Positions 1-9,483 of a stretch of DNA of 64,000 nt are shown here, piece after piece; position 1 is the first letter of the stretch, and each line of letters opens with the position of its first letter. The notes below the pieces were generated by a model. It was given only the letters and a program-made list of their open reading frames with translations, ran no database searches and was not told the origin of the DNA. The translations under genes were made by a program, and so were the position numbers. Location of the stretch: NCBI RefSeq assembly GCF_000497125.1, contig NC_090598.1:1488001-1552000 (forward strand), read 5' to 3'. Origin of the DNA: Spironucleus salmonicida. Lineage: Eukaryota.

Positions 1-2392
1 CCTATCTCCTTTAGGTTGCGCTACGGACAAGAAGAATTTAGCATTACGTTTTATCCAGATGAAACTGGAGATTGAAAACGGAGCTGACATCCTAGACGCC
101 TTTAACTAATTCATAGGCGCATTCAGAAGAAAACAGGCATGTAACACCAGACGCGATACCAATCAAAAATAGATAGATTTCTGCTTTTAGAGAGGACAGA
201 CTGGAAAGGCATGGAACCTTATTAAGGAAAATTAGAACAAGTAGAACCTATCCCCAGAAAACGCCAGCTCCAGACCGGACCTGGTTAGAGAGTTATTTTA
301 GGAAAACCGGAAACCCGAATATGAATCGGCATCGCGGTAGGGATCAGTAAGAACAGCGCTGCAAGCGCCAACGGCAGAAGAGATTACGAAGATAATCCTA
401 TAGTACCGGGATGGCAAAGCAGGCGGCCCGAGTGGCATTCTTCCAGCCCACCTGAAAGAACTTGAGAAGTCTCATCACATCTCAAACATTCTTGCGAAGG
501 TATACAAACTAATACTTGATACACCATCCCTAGTGAACAAGACTAGGAGACTATTCGAATACCGGATAATCTTCATCCCAAAGAACGCGACCAAGTTTAG
601 ACCGATTTGCATACAGGAGTTATTCCTATAAGTCCTGCACAAAGCACTGGCAGAGAAGATGAAGCAGCAACTAACCCTAGGCAATTATCAATTCGCCTTT
701 ACCAAAAACGCTCTCCTCAGAGCCAAATATTAAGCTAATATCATGCTTAAGAATGGGCTCACCCTTACTTCCCTTGACGTACGAAACGCCTTTAACGCCG
801 TACCTCATAAAGTAATCGAAGAAGAACTCGTGAAAGCCGGCCTAGCACCGGAAACCAACCAATACATCCAAGCCTTTTTGATGGCGCGGAATGCGGAGGG
901 GTTGGAAAGGCTAGGCACCGGCGTCCCCCAAGGGGATCCATTGTCCATGATGCTATTCTGTGTTGTAATGCGCCCGATCCTAGATCGGCTCGCAGGCAAA
1001 TACAAGGTTATCGCATCGTACGCGGACGATGTCCTGATAGGTCACGATTCAGGAGTAAACCTCAAAGACTGTGAAAGCGTCTTTGCAGACTACGGGCTAA
1101 CCCTGTCTGTGGAGAAATGCATAACAGCCTCCCCCACCCAAGCGATTAAATTCGTTGGGTAAGAATTTAAGGACAAACCGATACCGTTAACAGATCACTT
1201 GCTCCAAACCGCTCAGGATGCCTTCCTACTCCTCGAGCAATCGAAGCTCGGGACCACCCAATAACGGTTCCAGATGTTTGTACAATGTATTGTTCCCTCA
1301 GTCAACTATGGCCCACTTGTGGACGTCACGGATGACTAGGAAGCCGGATATACGAAGATAGACGACAGCCTTGTTGCCACCACCTCGCTGATAGCGGGAC
1401 TAAGCATAAAGATTGAAACTCTATTGGATAGCTAGATCCGGGGTGGAATGAACGTGATCACACCTGGTCGCTTCTACCCACTCATGACCGCAGCACGCGA
1501 TGAATTCCATGAGAACAATCACTGCGTCTTTAGAAATATCAGGGAGAAAATCAAAGAACTCGTTCCGGACGATCCAGATCCTGGACGCCCGATGATTTTC
1601 CCCTGCATCTTAGGAGCCACCAGGCTCCCTGGACAGTCTGTCCAGTATCTCTTGAACTCGGCTTTCGGCCCGGTAGCGACACCCAGTAAAACCCATTTGT
1701 GTACGCTATGCGGTACCCCTAAGATTGGAGATCACGACCAAAAATGCAATAGAAATAGCGGAATCCGAATAGTTAGACACAACAAGGCTGTCTCAGCCGC
1801 GATGAACTGCCTAGCGAAGTACGAGCCCCGTGAAATAACACGTCAATAAGCTCCTGAAGGAAAGTTTTATCCGGACTTCAGAATCATTGTAAGTAAAATC
1901 CTGACAGTAGACCTAGATGTCACGTTTACTTCGCAAGAGAATATGGACGCGAAATTTGCAGAAAAGGTTAGAAAGCATAAATTGCCTGACCCTAACCAGA
2001 CTATAATCCCAATGGTTATCTCACATGAACTTTAAATTCATCGCGAGACACTCAAGTTGTTGAAATTCCACTTCCCGGAGTTCAACTACAGGAAATTTAT
2101 GGAAGCGGTGGGAACTGCGACCTGTTTCTATAGACAGGACTCAGTTCGAAACAACACTGCACGATAGATCATAGCTCTCCAGGATAGGAACTATGGTTTA
2201 GAGGAAGACGTTGCAATACGTCTTAATTGGAGAAATGCTGCGAAGAATAACAATCGCAGGCGCCAGCACGCCAGAGGGAGTGCTGTCGCACCCGGGCCGT
2301 GAGGCCAGGGAAAACAAGAAAACCCCCCCCGACAGGGGCAGTAAAGATCCCATATACGCAATGAGGAATGGCAGTACTCGAGTGATCTTTTA

Positions 2393-2427
<35 letters not shown>
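1..2427 (+). mobile_element. Non-LTR retrotransposon (RLE type) inserted in histone H4, copy 1; 5' part lies outside the window
   Basis: Matches 5225-7645 at an offset of 5224 (ORF-track peptides identical). Ends in a 34-nt poly(A) at 2394-2427, joined to H4 sequence CAAATCCGAGAAGG at 2428. Confidence 0.95.
2..2302 (+). CDS. Retrotransposon RT-RLE protein, copy 1 (5'-partial at window edge; TAA/TAG=Gln)
   Basis: Same sequence as the copy-2 ORF; TGA at 2300-2302. Motifs KAGGPSG, FIPK, FRPI, LDVRNAFN, GVPQGDPLS, YADD, CTLCG..DHDQKC, RH, YPD..DLDVT..K. Confidence 0.93.
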
Positions 2428-2428
<1 letters not shown>

Positions 2429-2680
2429 AAATCCGAGAAGGATGCACTCACAGGCATCACCAAGCCTGCCATACGCAGGTTGGCGCGCAGAGGTGGCGTG
2501 AAGAGGATCTCGTCCACGATCTACCCCCAGACGCGCGAGGTGCTGAAGGCGTTCCTGGACGTGGTCATCAGGGACTCGCTGACCTACACTGAGCACGCGC
2601 AGCGCAAGACGGTGACGTCGCAGGACGTGGTGTACGCGCTGAAGCGCCAGGGCAAGACGCTCTACGGCTTCGGGATCTGA
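2428..2680 (+). pseudogene. H4: Histone H4 3' portion, separated from its 5' end by retrotransposon copy 1
   Basis: [28 protein letters not shown]...LYGFGI-TGA follows the poly(A) directly. Confidence 0.93.
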
Positions 2681-2862
2681 GTGATGCTATTCTTGTGGTA
2701 CTCGTTGTGTGAGCGTGTGGTGCATAGGGCTTCCGTGTCTAGTGGGGTGGCGTACTTCCTGCACAGTGCCATAGTGCATATATGTAATATAATAATACTC
2801 ATTCGGGCTTCCCGCAAGTATGATAGTGTATATAAATAATATAATACTAAGGACTCACGATT

Positions 2863-3259
2863 CCCGCAAAGTACCATACTGCCCGAGTATGGTATAATAG
2901 TACCAAATTACGGCTCCCGCCCAAATGCCATACTTCACATATGCAACATTATAATCATAATCCTTCATGGCTCCCTTCCACTCGGCTGGTTTCCCATGGG
3001 CGGGATGTCAAGGGGGCCTTGCCGAAGCCCTTGCCCTTGCCTTTTCCCAACGTCGGTTGGCATGCAGCGTATAATAATGTAATGTTGGTGTCCCTTCCGA
3101 TATGTTAAAGTGGGAATAGGCAATATAATAAAGGGGATTTTCCCTTTCCCGCGAAGTATGATAGGGCATATATACGGTATTATAGTGAGTATTCCCGCTC
3201 CCCGCAAAGTACCATACTGGCCGAGTATGGTATAATAGTAGCAAATTACGCCTCCCGCC
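2863..3259. repeat. Spacer-internal ~59-bp direct repeat (2863-2921, 3201-3259), each with a 9-bp-stem palindrome
   Basis: CCCGCAAAG-TACCATACT-G(C/G)CCG-AGTATGGTA-TAATAGTA(C/G)CAAATTACG occurs twice per unit. Confidence 0.85.
3015..3053 (-). other. Inverted H4 N-tail-like fragment in the spacer, present in every unit
   Basis: Minus strand reads ACG TTG GGA AAA GGC AAG GGC AAG GGC TTC GGC AAG GCC = [13 protein letters not shown] versus H4 [13 protein letters not shown]. Confidence 0.75.
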
Positions 3260-3965
3260 AAAACAGCATTCTGCACATAAATACGCGTGGGCGTATATAA
3301 ATAATACATATATGGCCTATAGCCACTATATGTGCGAGGTTCCTCTACCACCCCACACGGTATTCATATGCTCATAATGGCGAAGTGGGCCGTCGTCCAC
3401 CTCGTCCCCACCAGAGGAGAGAACTCGCCCGGTTTGCCCTTGCCCTTGCCCTTCCCGGACGTCCGCAGGAGCTCGTCCGGAGGCTGGCAGTACCGCCCGG
3501 TCTCGCCCGGCGTGGCACGCACTTGCTTGGGCGGCGTGCGATGGCGCGAGATGACACCCGATGCATGGCACGGCGCGAGATCATCTTAGATGGCCTGCCT
3601 GCCGTGCCCCGCGCCCCGCGCCCATATGGGGCCTACGGGGCCGAGATATGGAGTTCCGGTGAAAATGAGTCTGCAGTTCTGCATATTGAACACGGTAAAT
3701 TTAGTAGATAGATATTTGTATACATCACATATAACATACATACCTATATTCCATAAATCCCTATATGCATCTATATATACTTATACCTATATTCGCACAC
3801 CGCAACCACTTTCGTCACTATAACTATATATTATTCATATTAAAACTCGCTCCCGCCCCCGCCCCAACATATATATTTTATATAGCATATATAAGTATGG
3901 GTTCGCGAACCGATAGCTGGTTTCATCACCAACCTCATAATGCAGGAGTGAGGGTGCTATCAACA

Positions 3966-6900
3966 ATGTCTGGAAAAGGAAAGGGAAAAGGTTTTGGAAA
4001 GGCGACAGACTCGGAGAACACTAGCGATAGTGTAGACCCTGTTGCTCTCACCGCCTAATAAATTCGTATTAGAAGCCTGTTCAAACAGGCACCTGCTCTA
4101 CCCCAACCCCAACCCCAGTCGATCGCTAGTCACATTTCTTCTACCATGAAGAAGCAATAGGCACCTCCAACGTCTAATGGTGACCCCTCGACTTTGACAT
4201 ATTCCCCCTTCACATAAGTTTCAAGCGTGAGACTGTTCAAGCAGGGCCAGGCAAGCCGGGAGGCTCCTGTGCTCTCAGATAAGACCAATAAATCTATCAT
4301 GAGCTTCGTGAAAGCAAGAGAAGAAGAAAGAGCCCCGCAAGGTGCTCCGGACACTTCGGCTGCCGACACTCAGAATCGCGCGCAATTCCCTTCCACACAA
4401 ATTCACGGGGAAACTACAGCTGCGCTCGTTAACTGCCAAGACGAGTAAGCTTAGGAGGTAGCTAGTCTAGCTGCCCCTAACGCAGCGGAAGTGACTGAAC
4501 AACCGCCCTCCTCATAGGTTGCCAGTTAAGAAGGGGCCCCAACCGATTAACCTAGCCTCTAACCAGAGAGCTAAGAGGAAAGCGAGGCCCCGCCTCGCCC
4601 GGATCCCCCAGATGCTCCGGACTACGGGATAGACCCACCAATTCCCAGGCTACCCTCACAAAACATACCGGTAGAGCCCAGAGTCAGACCTCAACTGAAT
4701 TCAATCACCCGGTATGGTATCGTCCACGAGACGAGATCTCAGACAAGACTTATTCCTGAGACACGTGCCCCAAGCACAACAGAAAGTAACGAACACGCTA
4801 GACCAAGGAACCCTGACAAGCCTTTTGAATGTCAGGCATGCACCTTCGCGTCGTCCGACCCCACGAGCCTGCTGAGACATCACGCGCTCACGAGAGGCGG
4901 ATAGCACGATATAAAGTTCCCGCTACTTAGATACAAAGAAGTTTACGAAGACCCCAAACTCTTCAGATTCTACTGTGGAATCTGTAATCACCCTTTTACG
5001 AAGAAATTAAATGTCATGCTCCACCTAATGGATGGAAAATGCAAGAACAAGTAAGGAATGACAAACGAAGCTGCCCAATTGCTAGTAAGAAATAGAGATG
5101 TCTATAGCCTCGAACTAGAGGAATAGCTGGCAAAAGCATCGGCCGCCAAGGCGGCAAGAGCGAAGAGTATAGCAGAATAAATAACTGCACCCAAAATAGG
5201 ACTTCCACCGGAAGCGACGATCAACCTATCTCCTTTAGGTTGCGCTACGGACAAGAAGAATTTAGCATTACGTTTTATCCAGATGAAACTGGAGATTGAA
5301 AACGGAGCTGACATCCTAGACGCCTTTAACTAATTCATAGGCGCATTCAGAAGAAAACAGGCATGTAACACCAGACGCGATACCAATCAAAAATAGATAG
5401 ATTTCTGCTTTTAGAGAGGACAGACTGGAAAGGCATGGAACCTTATTAAGGAAAATTAGAACAAGTAGAACCTATCCCCAGAAAACGCCAGCTCCAGACC
5501 GGACCTGGTTAGAGAGTTATTTTAGGAAAACCGGAAACCCGAATATGAATCGGCATCGCGGTAGGGATCAGTAAGAACAGCGCTGCAAGCGCCAACGGCA
5601 GAAGAGATTACGAAGATAATCCTATAGTACCGGGATGGCAAAGCAGGCGGCCCGAGTGGCATTCTTCCAGCCCACCTGAAAGAACTTGAGAAGTCTCATC
5701 ACATCTCAAACATTCTTGCGAAGGTATACAAACTAATACTTGATACACCATCCCTAGTGAACAAGACTAGGAGACTATTCGAATACCGGATAATCTTCAT
5801 CCCAAAGAACGCGACCAAGTTTAGACCGATTTGCATACAGGAGTTATTCCTATAAGTCCTGCACAAAGCACTGGCAGAGAAGATGAAGCAGCAACTAACC
5901 CTAGGCAATTATCAATTCGCCTTTACCAAAAACGCTCTCCTCAGAGCCAAATATTAAGCTAATATCATGCTTAAGAATGGGCTCACCCTTACTTCCCTTG
6001 ACGTACGAAACGCCTTTAACGCCGTACCTCATAAAGTAATCGAAGAAGAACTCGTGAAAGCCGGCCTAGCACCGGAAACCAACCAATACATCCAAGCCTT
6101 TTTGATGGCGCGGAATGCGGAGGGGTTGGAAAGGCTAGGCACCGGCGTCCCCCAAGGGGATCCATTGTCCATGATGCTATTCTGTGTTGTAATGCGCCCG
6201 ATCCTAGATCGGCTCGCAGGCAAATACAAGGTTATCGCATCGTACGCGGACGATGTCCTGATAGGTCACGATTCAGGAGTAAACCTCAAAGACTGTGAAA
6301 GCGTCTTTGCAGACTACGGGCTAACCCTGTCTGTGGAGAAATGCATAACAGCCTCCCCCACCCAAGCGATTAAATTCGTTGGGTAAGAATTTAAGGACAA
6401 ACCGATACCGTTAACAGATCACTTGCTCCAAACCGCTCAGGATGCCTTCCTACTCCTCGAGCAATCGAAGCTCGGGACCACCCAATAACGGTTCCAGATG
6501 TTTGTACAATGTATTGTTCCCTCAGTCAACTATGGCCCACTTGTGGACGTCACGGATGACTAGGAAGCCGGATATACGAAGATAGACGACAGCCTTGTTG
6601 CCACCACCTCGCTGATAGCGGGACTAAGCATAAAGATTGAAACTCTATTGGATAGCTAGATCCGGGGTGGAATGAACGTGATCACACCTGGTCGCTTCTA
6701 CCCACTCATGACCGCAGCACGCGATGAATTCCATGAGAACAATCACTGCGTCTTTAGAAATATCAGGGAGAAAATCAAAGAACTCGTTCCGGACGATCCA
6801 GATCCTGGACGCCCGATGATTTTCCCCTGCATCTTAGGAGCCACCAGGCTCCCTGGACAGTCTGTCCAGTATCTCTTGAACTCGGCTTTCGGCCCGGTAG

Positions 6901-7526
6901 CGACACCCAGTAAAACCCATTTGTGTACGCTATGCGGTACCCCTAAGATTGGAGATCACGACCAAAAATGCAATAGAAATAGCGGAATCCGAATAGTTAG
7001 ACACAACAAGGCTGTCTCAGCCGCGATGAACTGCCTAGCGAAGTACGAGCCCCGTGAAATAACACGTCAATAAGCTCCTGAAGGAAAGTTTTATCCGGAC
7101 TTCAGAATCATTGTAAGTAAAATCCTGACAGTAGACCTAGATGTCACGTTTACTTCGCAAGAGAATATGGACGCGAAATTTGCAGAAAAGGTTAGAAAGC
7201 ATAAATTGCCTGACCCTAACCAGACTATAATCCCAATGGTTATCTCACATGAACTTTAAATTCATCGCGAGACACTCAAGTTGTTGAAATTCCACTTCCC
7301 GGAGTTCAACTACAGGAAATTTATGGAAGCGGTGGGAACTGCGACCTGTTTCTATAGACAGGACTCAGTTCGAAACAACACTGCACGATAGATCATAGCT
7401 CTCCAGGATAGGAACTATGGTTTAGAGGAAGACGTTGCAATACGTCTTAATTGGAGAAATGCTGCGAAGAATAACAATCGCAGGCGCCAGCACGCCAGAG
7501 GGAGTGCTGTCGCACCCGGGCCGTGA
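3966..7526 (+). CDS. H4-tail::retrotransposon fusion ORF, 1186 aa: H4 residues 1-13, disordered Pro/Gln/Glu-rich region, two zinc fingers, reverse transcriptase, CCHC knuckle, PD-(D/E)xK endonuclease
   Basis: Hand translation with TAA/TAG=Gln from the H4 ATG at 3966 meets no TGA until 7524-7526. ZnF1 KPFECQACTFASSDPTSLLRHH (~4818); ZnF2 FYCGICNHPFTKKLNVMLHLMDGKC (~4968); RT GQTGKAW, KAGGPSG, FIPK, FRPIC, QFAF, LDVRNAFN, GVPQGDPLSM, YADD; CTLCGTPKIGDHDQKC; RHN; FYPDFRI..DLDVTF..EKVRKH. First internal ATG is at 4146. Confidence 0.9.
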
Positions 7527-7645
7527 GGCCAGGGAAAACAAGAAAACCCCCCCCGACAGGGGCAGTAAAGATCCCATATACGCAATGAGGAATGGCAGTA
7601 CTCGAGTGATCTTTTACAAAAAAAAAAAAAAAAAAAAAAAAAAAA
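4006..7645 (+). mobile_element. Non-LTR retrotransposon (RLE type), complete copy 2, inserted after H4 codon 13
   Basis: 5' junction ...GGAAAGGCGA|CAGACTCGG; 3' junction CTTTTAC(A)28|CAAATCCGAG. Intact H4 reads GGCGA-AAAGACA-CAAATCC, so 7 bp are replaced and there is no TSD (3640-7=3633=5218-1585). Confidence 0.96.
7605..7609 (+). promoter_or_regulatory. Putative polyadenylation signal AGTGA of the retrotransposon
   Basis: AGTGA lies 8 nt before the poly(A). The same pentamer overlaps the TGA stop of many host genes here (20092, 25549, 28418, 45364, 47776, 56710) and follows the H4 stop (TGAGTGA). Confidence 0.55.
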
Positions 7646-7898
7646 CAAATCCGAGAAGGATGCACTCACAGGCATCACCAAGCCTGCCATACGCAGGTTG
7701 GCGCGCAGAGGTGGCGTGAAGAGGATCTCGTCCACGATCTACCCCCAGACGCGCGAGGTGCTGAAGGCGTTCCTGGACGTGGTCATCAGGGACTCGCTGA
7801 CCTACACTGAGCACGCGCAGCGCAAGACGGTGACGTCGCAGGACGTGGTGTACGCGCTGAAGCGCCAGGGCAAGACGCTCTACGGCTTCGGGATCTGA
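7646..7898 (+). pseudogene. H4: Histone H4 3' portion, downstream of retrotransposon copy 2
   Basis: H4 coding sequence resumes immediately after the poly(A). Confidence 0.93.
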
Positions 7899-9183
7899 GT
7901 GATGCTATTCTTGTGGTACTCGTTGTGTGAGCGTGTGGTGCATAGGGCTTCCGTGTCTAGTGGGGTGGCGTACTTCCTGCACAGTGCCATAGTGCATATA
8001 TGTAATATAATAATACTCATTCGGGCTTCCCGCAAGTATGATAGTGTATATAAATAATATAATACTAAGGACTCACGATTCCCGCAAAGTACCATACTGC
8101 CCGAGTATGGTATAATAGTACCAAATTACGGCTCCCGCCCAAATGCCATACTTCACATATGCAACATTATAATCATAATCCTTCATGGCTCCCTTCCACT
8201 CGGCTGGTTTCCCATGGGCGGGATGTCAAGGGGGCCTTGCCGAAGCCCTTGCCCTTGCCTTTTCCCAACGTCGGTTGGCATGCAGCGTATAATAATGTAA
8301 TGTTGGTGTCCCTTCCGATATGTTAAAGTGGGAATAGGCAATATAATAAAGGGGATTTTCCCTTTCCCGCGAAGTATGATAGGGCATATATACGGTATTA
8401 TAGTGAGTATTCCCGCTCCCCGCAAAGTACCATACTGGCCGAGTATGGTATAATAGTAGCAAATTACGCCTCCCGCCAAAACAGCATTCTGCACATAAAT
8501 ACGCGTGGGCGTATATAAATAATACATATATGGCCTATAGCCACTATATGTGCGAGGTTCCTCTACCACCCCACACGGTATTCATATGCTCATAATGGCG
8601 AAGTGGGCCGTCGTCCACCTCGTCCCCACCAGAGGAGAGAACTCGCCCGGTTTGCCCTTGCCCTTGCCCTTCCCGGACGTCCGCAGGAGCTCGTCCGGAG
8701 GCTGGCAGTACCGCCCGGTCTCGCCCGGCGTGGCACGCACTTGCTTGGGCGGCGTGCGATGGCGCGAGATGACACCCGATGCATGGCACGGCGCGAGATC
8801 ATCTTAGATGGCCTGCCTGCCGTGCCCCGCGCCCCGCGCCCATATGGGGCCTACGGGGCCGAGATATGGAGTTCCGGTGAAAATGAGTCTGCAGTTCTGC
8901 ATATTGAACACGGTAAATTTAGTAGATAGATATTTGTATACATCACATATAACATACATACCTATATTCCATAAATCCCTATATGCATCTATATATACTT
9001 ATACCTATATTCGCACACCGCAACTACTTTCGTCACTATAACTATATATTATTCATATTAAAACTCGCTCCCGCCCCCGCCCCAACATATATATTTTATA
9101 TAGCATATATAAGTATGGGTTCGCGAACCGATAGCTGGTTTCATCACCAACCTCATAATGCAGGAGTGAGGGTGCTATCAACA

Positions 9184-9483
9184 ATGTCTGGAAAAGGAAA
9201 GGGAAAAGGTTTTGGAAAGGCGAAAAGACACAAATCCGAGAAGGATGCACTCACAGGCATCACCAAGCCTGCCATACGCAGGTTGGCGCGCAGAGGTGGC
9301 GTGAAGAGGATCTCGTCCACGATCTACCCCCAGACGCGCGAGGTGCTGAAGGCGTTCCTGGACGTGGTCATCAGGGACTCGCTGACCTACACTGAGCACG
9401 CGCAGCGCAAGACGGTGACGTCGCAGGACGTGGTGTACGCGCTGAAGCGCCAGGGCAAGACGCTCTACGGCTTCGGGATCTGA
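9184..9483 (+). CDS. H4: Histone H4 (99 aa), intact
   Basis: [44 protein letters not shown]...[12 protein letters not shown]; diplomonad-type short tail. Confidence 0.98.
   Translation: MSGKGKGKGFGKAKRHKSEKDALTGITKPAIRRLARRGGVKRISSTIYPQTREVLKAFLDVVIRDSLTYTEHAQRKTVTSQDVVYALKRQGKTLYGFGI

Noticed and set aside
743-1849. RT fragments as a decayed pseudogene, retron or group II intron
   Set aside because: All interruptions are in-frame TAA/TAG (Gln). The poly(A) tail, CCHC plus RLE domain and eukaryotic context indicate an intact non-LTR element.
2191-2596. Poly-Lys and poly-Phe ORFs
   Set aside because: They are translations of the poly(A) tail.
2662-3823. Overlapping 65-130-aa ORFs in the spacer, repeated in each unit
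   Set aside because: No recognisable domains, mutually overlapping, mostly non-ATG starts; they recur only because the unit is repeated.
4001-4010. Target-site duplication at the 5' junction (ACAGAC vs AAAGAC)
   Set aside because: The sequence is not repeated at the 3' junction, and length arithmetic shows a net 7-bp loss.
8983-9183. 166-aa N-terminally extended H4 in the ORF track
   Set aside because: The extension is AT-rich promoter sequence; the H4 start is MSGK at 9184.
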